Shown: positions 20,601-31,027, numbered from the stretch's first letter. The stretch is DNA of 64,000 nucleotides from Candidatus Cloacimonadales bacterium (GCA_963662275.1 OY759316.1:2368001-2432000), one strand, 5' to 3'. Numbers and translations are program-made. The notes: a model not told the origin generated them from the letters alone.

Positions 20601-20881
20601 AAAACCATACAGGGTGACCCCTGCCAGGTTAAACGTATTGCCATCCCTCCTTCCGCAGGCATGACATAAATCTCACTGACACCCTCTTCCCTGCCAGTAA
20701 ATGCAATATACTTGCCATCAGGTGAAAAACGAGGGTGTGATATTTCTCCTAAATTTGCCGTTAATCTTATGGCTTGACCACCTTTTGTCGTGGTTAACCA
20801 GAGATCATCCTCAGAAACGAAAACGATCTGATCATTAAAAATGGTGGGGAAACGGTAGTAGCCTTGATTTGAAGATTTCAT
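17660..20881 (-). CDS. Tricorn protease homolog (peptidase S41)
   Basis: GGAGG RBS; beta-propeller repeats, WKRYRGGTAG, GELGTSH, PDZ region, GYVHIPDM, DVRFNGGG, catalytic AGSDGD, RTWGGVIG. Confidence 0.95.
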   Translation of the reverse strand: MKSSNQGYYRFPTIFNDQIVFVSEDDLWLTTTKGGQAIRLTANLGEISHPRFSPDGKYIAFTGREEGVSEIYVMPAEGGMAIRLTWQGSPCMVLTWQGNEIIYTTTFKQPMGRDQFLYKIPVTGGEPTKLSYGPVSQISFGKKGTVLGRYSNDLARWKRYRGGTAGDILIDENNSGQFHKWLDLKSNLTNPMWIGNRIYFLSDHEGIGNLYSAKPDGKDIQKHSSQKNFYARNASTDGKSIIYHAGGDLYCYDVEKAKEKKVEIVLNSPRIQLNRKFADVNKHLEEYTLSSDGGSILLTSRGKPFTMGNWEGNILQVGKKQGIRYRLSRLLKDQKHVVVLSDEGNVEHVEIHSLNNSDDYIVFPDLDLGRVVSMEITKNKQLLAAVNNRNELLLIDLEKKTKLIVDQNKFGMIWGYSWSPDGRYIAYSISINSKQSQINIYDTETKKIYTVTKPILMDYNPIFDPKGRYLYFMSNRTFNPMIDSIQFELAFPQSDKPYMITLQKDTTSPFLPALKPFKEVPEKPAEPAKKEGKATTKVKVEVIKPVIIDFEGIEDRVLGIPVPEGLYGDLKASEDRLFWTQYALKAMADFDFSDNPETANLIAYNFKTLETEVFLKDILSYDLNDACDVMAVHYQKGIRIIDAAHDPKQELACEDKPGRKTGWIDLNRIKLSIEPLNEWKQMYSEAWRLQREYYWVEDMAGINWKKVHDRYYPLIDRLGSRTEFSDLIWEMQGELGTSHCYEFGGDYKQKPRYGIGYLGADFKFDSKHKAYKITHIVKGDFWQNSTPFMLPGNHIEEGMLLLAINGEKVDIDNPPEKILINFAQQEVSLTVADKTGKNPREIRVKTLNNEMTPRYRDWVDANRKYVHEKTGGKIGYVHIPDMWVQGFSEFHRYFLQEIDRDGLLVDVRFNGGGSVSQLLLEKLARKRIGFDLTRWFGHEPYPSDSIGGPIIALTNEHAGSDGDIFSHAFKLMKLGKLVGKRTWGGVIGIWPRNWLVDGTITTQPEMSFWFKDVGWGVENYGTDPDIFVDILPQDYAAGKDPQLDVTIKEIMKDLKANPPMKPDFSHKPSRKLP

Positions 20882-21126
20882 ATGACCTCCATATATTTTG
20901 TTATTTCTTATATATAGCATACAGTTATGTATTATAAAATGCACAACTGTAAAGTATTTGAAAGTTGAAAAATAGTCAAGATAATATTTGAATTTATTTA
21001 CTTAACTTAGTAAAAATATGCACATTCCAGTGATATTATGTGCATTTTAATTGACAATTATAATCATCGAGAAATTTATCTTTATATTCTGTTTTGAGTT
21101 AGAGCTTGATTTCTTAACGTTATCAA

Positions 21127-21218
21127 CATAAGAGCATTACGGTAGCAATACGGTAGCAATACGGTAGCAATACGGTAGCATTACGGTAAAAAACCGTATT
21201 TGTACCGTAATCGTATAG
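21127..21218 (+). repeat. 92-bp dispersed element with 4 x 11-bp TACGGTAGCA(A/T) units and an inverted tail (copy 1)
   Basis: Identical to the reverse complement of 45828-45908 apart from one extra 11-bp unit. Confidence 0.9.
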
Positions 21219-21260
21219 TAATCATACCATGTTTCCTTTACCGAAAATTGCAATTTAAAG

Positions 21261-21566
21261 GATGTATATGGAGCAGGTGCACAACGCAGTGATTTCAAAA
21301 GCAGTGAACCTGCAGATTATCCATATGAAATTGACCCCCAGGGTGATGTTATCAGGATATTCAGTTATATACGCTTAATCAGCGATTTTGTGTGAACAAC
21401 CGGAATCAATGATAATGAAATGGGTGAAGCAATACCTAATTCATAAAATTCAGTAGTTTGGAATGGTGATGATGAGAATAACTGACCTGTTGCTTCCGGT
21501 ATGTATCTCTTCAAGATTAATTATGGCGATAACCCATACAGCAAACAATTGGTTTTGCATAAATAG
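21261..21566 (+). pseudogene. Remnant of a DUF1566-like secreted protein with a partial FlgD/T9SS-like tail
   Basis: One frame reads DVYGAGAQRSDFKS...PQGDVIRIFSYIRL and later SVVWNGDDENN*PVASGMYLFKI...KQLVLHK*. Three internal stops, no start, YPNPF half of the tail missing. Confidence 0.7.
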
Positions 21567-21666
21567 ATAAATGCAATTTCCAGCACCTAGAGAATGATGA
21601 ATGCTATGATTCCATAAATACAATTCCGGGATTCATAAGTATTCTTGTATAGAGAGAATCTACAAA

Positions 21667-23070
21667 CTATTTTGATTCATCATCAATTTTATATTTTTCT
21701 ATCCTGCGATTCAGGGACTGTCTTGTGATATTCAAAGCCTTAGCAACATGAGTTTTATTATTGTGATAAAATTTCAAGGCATTGATTATCCATTGCTTTT
21801 CCTTTTCTTCCAATATTTCCAGAGGCTGAAAACTCTCTAGCCATATCGTGTCTGGTTCAGCCTGTTGTCCTTTAACATAGAGCTCAGGAAAATCTTCCTT
21901 TCTCAAAATATCCACATTCTTATCGCATAAAGTCATTGCCTTGCTTATCATGTTTTGCAATTCTCTTTCATTCTTGAGAAATGGATAGGTCAATAAAGAT
22001 AGCAATGCATCATGTGATAATTCAGGTTGAGTTCGCTGTAGAATTTCTGAATACATAGTGATGAAGTGTTTTGCAAGAAGAATGATATCATCTTTCCTTT
22101 CTCGAAGTGGAAGAATCTCGATCTGATACCCATTCAGTAACTCAAATAGTTCTAATGAGAAAGTATGATCTTCAACCATCTTCAATATCTTTTTATGTGA
22201 GGATGAAATAAATCGAACATCCAATGAAATGGTTTTAGTTGATTGCATTCTTTTAAATTTTCCTGTTTGTATCGTATGAACTAATTTTTCCTGGATGTAA
22301 AATGGCATCTCTGATAATTCTTCCAGGTAGATAATACCACCATTTGCTGCTTCCAAAACACCTGTCTTATTTTCCACCATACCAGTGAAAGCATTGAGTA
22401 ATTGACCGTACAATTCGCTTTCAAAAAGAATTGAAGAAACAGAAGAACAATTGAATTTCAAGAAAACACTATTCTTTCTTTTACTTAGGGAATGAATTCC
22501 TCGTGCGACGGCTTCTTTACCAACACCTATTTCACCAAGAATAATTACATTCGAGTCATCTTGAACTGCCGCGATGGACATCATTTCGATTACTTTCATC
22601 ATTTCCTGGCTACCTGAGATTATTGAGAATTTTTGTTGTTGTTCATAAGTATCAACTAAATTCAAATATAGATCAGAAGTAGTTTTTATTAATAAAGCCA
22701 GGGAACTTTGAGATGATATATGGTGTGACATGATTTGAATCTCCCTGGCATTTGTTGGTTTCGTGATGTAATCAATAACACCGAAATGCAGGGATTTTAC
22801 AATAACATCATAGTTTCGCTGATTTGCTATAATTATGATTGGTATTTCCTTAAAATAATACTTAATTTTCTCCAAGAATTGTTCAACCGTTATTTCTGGC
22901 ACAAGAGGATTCACAAGCAATAAATCTGGTAAGTCATTTTCATTATATATTTTTGCTAAACTATCTGCTTGAGTAAAAGATACAGTATATTTAAGAGACT
23001 TCAAATATGAACTCAATTCTTTTTGGAAATTTACATCTTCATCAATAATAAGAATTTTTTTTACTTTCAA
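21667..23070 (-). CDS. NtrC-family sigma-54-type regulator (receiver-AAA+-Fis HTH) with degenerate motifs
   Basis: Receiver-like N-terminus; GEIGVGKE, ESELYG, NAFTGM, NERELQN; C-terminal HTH AKALNITRQSLNRRI. Confidence 0.85.
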   Translation of the reverse strand: MKVKKILIIDEDVNFQKELSSYLKSLKYTVSFTQADSLAKIYNENDLPDLLLVNPLVPEITVEQFLEKIKYYFKEIPIIIIANQRNYDVIVKSLHFGVIDYITKPTNAREIQIMSHHISSQSSLALLIKTTSDLYLNLVDTYEQQQKFSIISGSQEMMKVIEMMSIAAVQDDSNVIILGEIGVGKEAVARGIHSLSKRKNSVFLKFNCSSVSSILFESELYGQLLNAFTGMVENKTGVLEAANGGIIYLEELSEMPFYIQEKLVHTIQTGKFKRMQSTKTISLDVRFISSSHKKILKMVEDHTFSLELFELLNGYQIEILPLRERKDDIILLAKHFITMYSEILQRTQPELSHDALLSLLTYPFLKNERELQNMISKAMTLCDKNVDILRKEDFPELYVKGQQAEPDTIWLESFQPLEILEEKEKQWIINALKFYHNNKTHVAKALNITRQSLNRRIEKYKIDDESK

Positions 23071-23368
23071 AGCACCCCCTCATTAAAATATATGTTCTTA
23101 TTTTATCATGAATTTTGTCAATGCATTTCTGCCCGATATCGTACACAATGAATTTGAGACGTTTTATAATATGCTTAAGCTGAAAAGTTAAAATCGAAAT
23201 CTCATACAATGAAGTTGAATTAAAAAATCAAAAAATCAAAAAAAATAAATTAAAAACTTGACATCAGTTCAAATTCCTTTAAATTAAGTACGTAATGAGA
23301 ACGAATGTGTGTATATATATTCGTAAAATATTCAAAAACTAGAGCTTAGTATACTAAAGGAGGACCAT

Positions 23369-25753
23369 ATGGCAAAATTCAAAATCTTTTTACTTGTTTT
23401 CACTTTGATGTTAATCAACTTGAGCTTATTCTCTGCTACCATTACCAGTAATGTTTCTGGTAATTGGTATAATGGTGGAACTTGGGTTGGCGGTTTCGTT
23501 CCAGGAGCATCTGATGATGTAATTATTAATGCAACTTCAAAAGTAACTTTAGATGGTCCTGTTACCTGCCACAATTTAAAACTTAACGGTTTGGTAGGTA
23601 CACGGCTTGAATGCGGTGCTTTCACAATTACTGTAACAAATAATATTGACGGACCTGCAACAGACTATACCAACGCCATTATCACAACTGATGGTGGAAA
23701 ACTCAGATTTACAGGTGCTTCACGTCAGCTTTTTGGAATTAACTGGTGCGCTTCCCATGGTAATTGGGCTTGCGAAGTTGCCTTAAATTCTGGAGCAAGT
23801 GGATTTGCAATTACAGATATGAAATTTGGTACTTTAACTATCACTTCTGGATCTTTCGCCGTTAATAATGGTAAAGAATTGCGCATTGAAGGTGCAACGG
23901 GAAGTGGTTCCGGATCAGTCTATATTGCCAATGGTGCAACTTTGACTGCCACAGGTATTATGGGTACATGTACTGCTGTTGCAACTACTTATTGTGGAGA
24001 TGTTGATGTCTATGGAAACCTGGTTATCCAGGGAGATCGTTTGAATGGTACAGTTACTGTCAGAAATGGCGGTATCTTAACAATAAAACGTGCATCCAAT
24101 GCATTAGGTTTAGCTTCAAACGGTCCTTCAGCATTTAATTTCACCTACGCTACCGGTTCTACTCTTCAGTACGATCGCTATCTTGCGATTGGCAGAATGC
24201 CTACCGGTGCTGAAATATCACAGGTGAATAATATTGGTTTACATTATCTTTCCAACATGACCATCAATAATGCTGCCGGTATTGATCTCAGAGCAACTCC
24301 CATCATAGACGGAACTTTGAAGATAATTGATGGAGATGTTATTACAACAAATGCTTCTACTGTCATATATGGTACAGAAGGTATCTTACATTACCAAGGA
24401 TCGACAGGAACACAGACCACAACAGCATTGTGTTTCCCCGACGTGAATCCACCTGCCAGTTTATTTATTGAGAATGCTGCCAATGTAAACCTGCACGCAC
24501 TCCGCACTATCCAAGGCACACTCAAAATATTAAAAGGTCATTTGGTTTCCACCTATGGAGCAACTCTTCGTTTCGGCAGTTTAGGCTATTTGGAATATAA
24601 CAGTACGATTAGCCAAGTTACCAACGATATGGAATTCCCTGGTACATTTGGTCCTGCTTATCTTACCATACACAATGATGCAGGTGTAACTCTTCATGCC
24701 AGCAGAACACTCTCTGAGGATGTCTACATATCCGGTCGTATGTACTTTACAGCTCATACACTTACATTGTCGAGACATCGTTTGGCAATAACCGGTACAG
24801 ACTATATCGCAGATTTCTTCCCCTATTGGGATTCAACACCACATGTTGTTAACTGGTTCTGGCAGAGTTTACCGGATATTTGGAGAACTCAAGGTACAGT
24901 TAGCGGTACCGTTGATGTAACTTTATACTATGATACATCAGAGAATCATGATCCCTTTATTACCTGCTGGAATCGTAGTGTTTTACTCAGCGATCCTTCA
25001 CCTTGGACACACATAAGTGATTTACCAACCAATAATCTTGGATTACAACACTCAGTAGTTTTACTGGGTCTCACTTCTGTCAGCTCCGCTGGTGATAATG
25101 GTATGAATTGGACATTAACTCCAATAGTTCAGACTCTACCGGTTGAAATGACTTCATTTACAGGTCAATTGATCAATAACTCATATGTGTCTTTATCATG
25201 GGTAACACAATCAGAATCAGATTTACTCGGTTATCTTGTATACCGTAGTAATGAAGATATCTTAAGTTCTGCAGTGTGCATCTCTCCCACAATGATTGAA
25301 GCCACCAATTCAGCACAAACCCACACATATACATTTACAGATCCTGAAATTGAAACTACTCCAGCATCTTATTATTACTGGATTCAACATCAGGAATATT
25401 CTGGCAATAACGTTATGCATGGACCAGTTCGCATTACTGTTGGCGATAATTCAGGACAAACACCAGTAATCCCAACATCTACTTCAATTAAATCTGTTTA
25501 TCCTAATCCGTTCAGAGAAAATGCGACAATCTCTTATGGTCTGTCAAAAGGTGAGAATGTAAACCTTGATATTTACAATGTAAAAGGACAAAAGGTTCGT
25601 TCACTTGTTTCTAGTTATCAGAACGCAAATAGCTATAATGTATCTTGGGATGGACGCGACATGAATGGTCGTAGTTGTTCAGCAGGAATCTATTATACAA
25701 GGCTTGATACTAGTACTTATCACCTTGTAAAGAAAATTATCTATATTAAGTAA
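23369..25753 (+). CDS. Large secreted beta-rich protein with LPVEMTSF domain and FlgD/T9SS-like tail
   Basis: AGGAGG RBS; signal peptide; SGNW...TW..G.VP...DDVII N-terminus; YPNPF...WDG...KKIIYIK. Confidence 0.85.
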   Translation: MAKFKIFLLVFTLMLINLSLFSATITSNVSGNWYNGGTWVGGFVPGASDDVIINATSKVTLDGPVTCHNLKLNGLVGTRLECGAFTITVTNNIDGPATDYTNAIITTDGGKLRFTGASRQLFGINWCASHGNWACEVALNSGASGFAITDMKFGTLTITSGSFAVNNGKELRIEGATGSGSGSVYIANGATLTATGIMGTCTAVATTYCGDVDVYGNLVIQGDRLNGTVTVRNGGILTIKRASNALGLASNGPSAFNFTYATGSTLQYDRYLAIGRMPTGAEISQVNNIGLHYLSNMTINNAAGIDLRATPIIDGTLKIIDGDVITTNASTVIYGTEGILHYQGSTGTQTTTALCFPDVNPPASLFIENAANVNLHALRTIQGTLKILKGHLVSTYGATLRFGSLGYLEYNSTISQVTNDMEFPGTFGPAYLTIHNDAGVTLHASRTLSEDVYISGRMYFTAHTLTLSRHRLAITGTDYIADFFPYWDSTPHVVNWFWQSLPDIWRTQGTVSGTVDVTLYYDTSENHDPFITCWNRSVLLSDPSPWTHISDLPTNNLGLQHSVVLLGLTSVSSAGDNGMNWTLTPIVQTLPVEMTSFTGQLINNSYVSLSWVTQSESDLLGYLVYRSNEDILSSAVCISPTMIEATNSAQTHTYTFTDPEIETTPASYYYWIQHQEYSGNNVMHGPVRITVGDNSGQTPVIPTSTSIKSVYPNPFRENATISYGLSKGENVNLDIYNVKGQKVRSLVSSYQNANSYNVSWDGRDMNGRSCSAGIYYTRLDTSTYHLVKKIIYIK

Positions 25754-25767
25754 TAATACTTAAGTAT

Positions 25768-25802
25768 AAAAACAGGCTGTCTTCTGACAGCCTGTTTTTT
25801 TT
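25768..25802 (+). terminator. Rho-independent terminator (possibly bidirectional)
   Basis: aaaaacaggctgtc-ttct-gacagcctgtttttttt. Confidence 0.9.
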
Positions 25803-26241
25803 TAACCAGCAAGAGATTTGATCATCTTATCTCTATAGAATGAGTAAATATGAAATCAAATAGAGCATACTATTTTCTCACATTATGTTGTTAATTTCCA
25901 TGCCGTTTCTTGTCATTTTATATTGAAGTTTTATTAGTAAGTGGGTTCGATTTTAAACTCGAAAGTTATTCATTGTTCAATATTTCAATTGTAATTATTG
26001 CTTGTTTCTTGATTAGCAACATCACGTCTGAAGCAGAGTGGACAACTTCAGTTACCTGTACTCCTGATCTATACTCTGAAATTTCAAAAGTACATAGACC
26101 TCTAACATTTCTATATTATCTTATGTACAAATTATTATTGGATTTCTATTAATTACTGTTCGTTACTTCTATAATCAATTTGAAATAGATTTTGATTACA
26201 TGAATATTGGTTTAACCCGAGTTGATACCATCATATTCAAA

Positions 26242-26275
26242 GAAAAGACCCATCATGTATTCGATGGGTCTTTTC
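26242..26275 (-). terminator. Terminator hairpin downstream of the lipoprotein gene
   Basis: gaaaagacccatc-atgtattc-gatgggtcttttc. Confidence 0.8.
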
Positions 26276-26287
26276 CAATATGGATTG

Positions 26288-28756
26288 TTATTTTGCTTTG
26301 GGAGGTAAGGATTCAGAGACGTATTTTCCATAGGTGTTATTTATGGTCTGTGTGAATTTCGTCCCAACTATGTGCAAGGTTGTTACATTCCAGATATCAC
26401 CTGTTTCAGATATGTTTCCATAGTAATTAGTTGTACTCTGGTCAGCCTGTCCTTCATTTTGCCGAATTACTACCTGGCAACTTGTGGGCACTGCACCAGT
26501 GGCATGTGTGCTGAAAAAATGTACTTGCACAAGATAATCACCGGGTATGGTCGTCGAGGTTGTAATATTTTCAGGACCATAGCCATCTCGATCATCAAAA
26601 TCAAGAACTAATCCGCTAGAAGTAGTCAAGTTAGCATAGAAACACTTTGCTCCATTCGGATCAGTACACCAGAAATCAACATCTGTACCACCTGTATCCC
26701 ATGTTAAGGTCATTCGAATGTCTGATAATGGTACATTTGAAGTAAATGTGGTAGATGCTTCCTCAGTATTGCTTCCTGAAACAGCCATAACTTTAACAGT
26801 ATGATTCAGAACAGAAGAGGAACCTCCTATGGCGATATCACGACTGAAGACACCATTTGATACATTAGCTATCAACTCATGTTCCAAATCATTATCAAGT
26901 ATCACTACAGCTTCAGTTACCTGAGGATTGGCAATTTTACCAGTTAGCGTTAAAACCCGATTCGTTACTGGTTGAGCTGTGATTGGATTAATCGTTACAT
27001 AAAACTCAACAGGGAAATCAACTGGCAGAGAGATAGTCACAGGAGTATTGGCTGCATCGTGAGTGGCAAATTTAAATAAAAGACTTCCGGTAGTCTCACT
27101 GTAATTGACAGGTAATAGAACATTGATGTCCCATATTCCTGTCTCACCAGCCGGAATGAGAGCATTGGGAGTAGAATTAAATGCAACTGTAATTCCACCT
27201 AAACCTTCTGCTGTTTCAGCTCCTGTTAAGTCTGTTGTACCAGTATTCTTGATATACAGACTCATTGTTACCAATTCTCCCGGATTAATCTTAGAGTCAG
27301 TGAAACTCTCATTGGAGAAAGTGTAATGATCAATCAACAACTGTGCTGCAATGACCTGTATCTGAATACTTTGAGTTTTTGTATGGTTTTCACCGTCTGT
27401 AATGGTAACTGTTACTGTGTAAGTTCCTTCCTGGGTTGGTTTGAAGCTGAAGTTATTTTGCTGATTGGTTGAATTTGTATAAGTTCCGCCTGTTATCGCC
27501 CATGTGAAGGTTAGATCTTGGCCAATTGTGCTGACACAATTAACACTGATTTTTGATAAACTATTCAATGGTACTGTTTCAGGATCAGCAGTCATGTTTT
27601 GTATGACGATAGCATTATTTGCACGATCCATCAGTTTTACCATTTGATTTTTCACTTGACCTTGGACAATTGTCAAGCTTTCGACAGTACTTCTGATGAA
27701 TCCATCAGCCAAGACAATGAAATCATACATACCAGAGGGAAAATCCTGGTTTATACTCTGCGGTGCATTTACGTAAATAGTGATCCTTGGATCAGATTCA
27801 GGCTGGTTTTTCTTGGAAATAATGATGGTCTTACCAACCGAACTACCAATTGGAGGATTGCCTGTTGCATCATTATTGATAGTCAAATTGAGCGTACCCT
27901 TATCATCGTCATCCTGCCCATCACTTTGGCTTTCTACGAATATATCGTTAGCTGTATCATTGCCAATTTCATCTGCAACTTTCTTAACAGCCACCTCAGC
28001 GAGTTCTTTTGCTAAAGCTGCTGCTCTAGCTTTTTGCTCATCATCCCAATATATCACATCTCCACGGATTTGCTTTTTTAAGGGATCGTCATCGGGAAGA
28101 TTCAAGTAATAATTCAACTTTTCCTGGTTTGTATTTCCGGTTAACTGACTCATTGGAATAGGATTATCCTGTGTGTTTGCTAGTATTTCATTCCTGATGG
28201 TCGCATCACAACCGGCGTTGTAATTCTGGAGCCTTTGGGCAATATCAGATAGAAATGGTATTCCTGAATCGGGAGCTACAAGAACCTCACGCAAGGATTT
28301 CTGCCCGCTTACCAATCTCCAACAGGAACGTGCCTGTTGACCTGTTTGAACAACTTTATTCTTTGCAATATTATATACTCCCCGTGCAATACTGCCAAAG
28401 ATGTTCTTTCCCTGGTCACCATAAGGGATTATTGCATCTTCCAATGCGATCAAGTCATCAAAATACGCAGCGGTTTGTTCACTTTGTGTTACGTAGGTAT
28501 CAAACAGGGCACTAATGTCTGAGTTAGCATCCCGATTTGATTTTGAACCCAGTGCATTGATCTTTTGAGTAATTTGATCCATCGTTGCATCACGTGCTCC
28601 TAAACTAGCTGTTAAGTTCGTCTCAGCAGCATCATATTGCGTTAGTGCCTGTGAAGTAGTGAGTTGTGTGTGATTTGTTGTTTTCTTCTTATCACAAGAG
28701 ATAAGAAACATAGTAAATAAACTAAGAAGGATAATGATGTAAATCTTTACTTTCAT
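26288..28756 (-). CDS. Lipoprotein with PKD/Ig-like domains and a C-terminal YfaP/DUF2135-like domain
   Basis: Lipobox LISC; PKD-like EGTYTVTVTITD; LTWDTGGTDVDFWCTDPNG...DDRDGYGPENI...VQVHFF. Confidence 0.8.
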   Translation of the reverse strand: MKVKIYIIILLSLFTMFLISCDKKKTTNHTQLTTSQALTQYDAAETNLTASLGARDATMDQITQKINALGSKSNRDANSDISALFDTYVTQSEQTAAYFDDLIALEDAIIPYGDQGKNIFGSIARGVYNIAKNKVVQTGQQARSCWRLVSGQKSLREVLVAPDSGIPFLSDIAQRLQNYNAGCDATIRNEILANTQDNPIPMSQLTGNTNQEKLNYYLNLPDDDPLKKQIRGDVIYWDDEQKARAAALAKELAEVAVKKVADEIGNDTANDIFVESQSDGQDDDDKGTLNLTINNDATGNPPIGSSVGKTIIISKKNQPESDPRITIYVNAPQSINQDFPSGMYDFIVLADGFIRSTVESLTIVQGQVKNQMVKLMDRANNAIVIQNMTADPETVPLNSLSKISVNCVSTIGQDLTFTWAITGGTYTNSTNQQNNFSFKPTQEGTYTVTVTITDGENHTKTQSIQIQVIAAQLLIDHYTFSNESFTDSKINPGELVTMSLYIKNTGTTDLTGAETAEGLGGITVAFNSTPNALIPAGETGIWDINVLLPVNYSETTGSLLFKFATHDAANTPVTISLPVDFPVEFYVTINPITAQPVTNRVLTLTGKIANPQVTEAVVILDNDLEHELIANVSNGVFSRDIAIGGSSSVLNHTVKVMAVSGSNTEEASTTFTSNVPLSDIRMTLTWDTGGTDVDFWCTDPNGAKCFYANLTTSSGLVLDFDDRDGYGPENITTSTTIPGDYLVQVHFFSTHATGAVPTSCQVVIRQNEGQADQSTTNYYGNISETGDIWNVTTLHIVGTKFTQTINNTYGKYVSESLPPKAK

Positions 28757-29072
28757 ACAAATCTCCTTTGTTATATGTAAAATACTTCATAGATTATTTA
28801 TGTCAAAAAATTTCTGTAGATCACATACTCTTTTTTTTCATGTCCATGAAGATGTTTGCCATTTAATGATTAGACTATGGCATTTCAACATTTTCCTTAT
28901 GGATAGCTGACCTATAAAAAAAGTATCACTGAAAATAGTAAAAACACTCGAGTATATCTTGATAAGCTTGATGTTTTTCTATTGATATGTAAAAACTATT
29001 ACTTGACGCGTAGCTATTAAAATCATTTATCAGTATAGGTATTATATCTAAGTAAATTACTTGGAGGTCGCC

Positions 29073-29417
29073 ATGAGTTACAATGTTATCTTTAAATTAG
29101 TACTTATTCTCATTGTTATATTGGGTTCGTATTCTGATTTTGTTAAGGGTGACTACAGCAGCATTATCTTAGGAATCTTCATATTTATTTCCATATTAGA
29201 AGAGAAACACAAACTGTTAGCTGGTACTCTTTTTTTGGTTGGTAGCTTGATCTTTGGAGTAACCTGCCGCAATTTATATCATAATCTCTATACATTCTTA
29301 ATTTATTTCCTTGTAATTTTCTTCGTCGGCTCCTTTTCTATTCTTCAGTATTACAAACAAAAGAAGAAGAGCGAGAAAGAAGTCTCAAAAATAGAAGCAC
29401 CTAAGGAAAGTAAATAA
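29073..29417 (+). CDS. Small integral membrane protein
   Basis: GGAGG RBS; about 4 hydrophobic segments and a basic tail. Confidence 0.7.
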   Translation: MSYNVIFKLVLILIVILGSYSDFVKGDYSSIILGIFIFISILEEKHKLLAGTLFLVGSLIFGVTCRNLYHNLYTFLIYFLVIFFVGSFSILQYYKQKKKSEKEVSKIEAPKESK

Positions 29418-29459
29418 CTTTCGATTAAGTAATTTACTTAATCAAAAAAAGGAGTTAAT

Positions 29460-29918
29460 ATGAAACATCATTGGTTTATTTGGGTACCACGCATTTTGAC
29501 TTACGTGTATTTTCTTATTCTTCTTATTTTTTCCTTTCATCTCTATGGAGGGAATCAACCCTTAATTTTCCAGAATGAAAGTACAACTGACAAATTGCTT
29601 TCCATCTTTATCTTTCTACTGCTAATGATTGGTACTCGGAAGAGTCCTATACGTTCAGGTCTCGTTGCGTTCTTAACATGCTTTTTAATTACAGTTATTT
29701 TTCAAACCTACAAAGATCTGTTCTACTTCCCGATTCTATCTCTACCTTTGCTCATCATTGCTATTTTCTATATTATCGCACATTATACTAATCCAGAGAT
29801 CAAAGACCCGCATAAATCGATTTGGGTATCGCTGTTCAGTATTGGGAAAAAGAAGATAACAGCCAAAGAAAAGAAAGAAGTCAATAAGGATACTAACGAT
29901 AGTAATCCTGATTCATAG
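29460..29918 (+). CDS. Integral membrane protein
   Basis: AGGAG RBS; 4 hydrophobic segments and a charged tail. Confidence 0.7.
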   Translation: MKHHWFIWVPRILTYVYFLILLIFSFHLYGGNQPLIFQNESTTDKLLSIFIFLLLMIGTRKSPIRSGLVAFLTCFLITVIFQTYKDLFYFPILSLPLLIIAIFYIIAHYTNPEIKDPHKSIWVSLFSIGKKKITAKEKKEVNKDTNDSNPDS

Positions 29919-29928
29919 CAAGTTCAAA

Positions 29929-30001
29929 CCTATCCCATTCCTATGTCGCGATACAGGAATGAAATAGGTATGAGATTGGTATGGAATTGGATTGGGATTG
30001 G
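29929..30001. repeat. Degenerate 11-bp-period array with an inverted partner
   Basis: aggaatgaaat/aggtatgagat/tggtatggaat/tggattgggat, preceded by the complementary atcccattcct. Confidence 0.6.
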
Positions 30002-30032
30002 CAGTAATAATGAGGAGTTATTGGAGTGTGTA

Positions 30033-30890
30033 TTACTTAAGAAGTACACTTTTAAGAATCTCATAAATAATGGGTAATATGAAATATGTTGGAATGCTAA
30101 TCATTAGTATTTTTGTCCACGAAAGCATTAACTTCATTTTTACAGTATTTCTCCCAATGCCAATTATCGTTTTCGGTTTAAAAGCTAATACCAATAATCC
30201 AATAAGTATTATCAACGGATACCAAATTACATATTTATCGTTTAAGATAATTGGTTTAGTACTATAGATACCGAAGTTTTTTCTTAATAATAGCTCTACA
30301 GCCAAGTTAATATTCTGTGATGTAATTCCACTATTTATTAACTGATTTGCTTTTATATTGATATTTTGAGCGTATGGGTTTGATGAAGAATAGATTAGAA
30401 TGAAAAAGCTATATATTCCGAAAAATATAAGTAAACTTATGGAAATTTGAAATTTCTCCCATATTTTAAGCCAATAAGATTGTGAATATTTCGCTACCCA
30501 TTTATCAATAACGTAAATTATTTCCTGTTTGCAGTTAATGTCCTTAATACCTAAACTTACTGAAATATCTTCTCCATTTTTTGATTCAATTTTTAATTCA
30601 AATTCGTTATCTGGTCTACTTCCGATATATACTGATAACTTTATTGGTTCGAAGCTTTGTAACCCTTCATCTTTGAGAATTTTTATAATCGAAGTATCTT
30701 CGTACATTCTATCATTTCTATCACTCAATCTAACTGTACATTTAAACTCATTATAGTTATTAGGTAGAAAAAATTCTTTCATTTTCCCTTCAACAGAACT
30801 TAGAGTTTTATCTAATTCTTCCATCGCTTCCGTAGTAATAAAGAAAGGGCCCCAATATACTTTTTTTGTTGAAGTAATTAATGTACTCAA
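30033..30890 (-). CDS. Hypothetical membrane protein, very AT-rich (soluble N-domain plus about 3 TM helices)
   Basis: 285-aa ORF with TTG start after GGAGG; no family recognised. Confidence 0.7.
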   Translation of the reverse strand: MSTLITSTKKVYWGPFFITTEAMEELDKTLSSVEGKMKEFFLPNNYNEFKCTVRLSDRNDRMYEDTSIIKILKDEGLQSFEPIKLSVYIGSRPDNEFELKIESKNGEDISVSLGIKDINCKQEIIYVIDKWVAKYSQSYWLKIWEKFQISISLLIFFGIYSFFILIYSSSNPYAQNINIKANQLINSGITSQNINLAVELLLRKNFGIYSTKPIILNDKYVIWYPLIILIGLLVLAFKPKTIIGIGRNTVKMKLMLSWTKILMISIPTYFILPIIYEILKSVLLK

Positions 30891-31027
30891 TTTAACCTCC
30901 AGATATTATCCCTTAAATTGAATAATAACATTCTCTTGTCAAGATTTTATAGTATGTACAAAATAGCTAATTAATAAATTTATCATAAAAGATTCATATT
31001 ACGAATAAAAATGCATAAATAACAAAG

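Noticed and set aside
21261..21566. TGA recoding (selenocysteine or alternative code)
   Set aside because: The frame also has a TAA and a deletion, and TGA is a normal stop elsewhere (37261, 58718, 63832). Pseudogene is simpler.
25910..26152. 80-aa ORF between two terminators
   Set aside because: No RBS or recognisable motif; may be decayed sequence.
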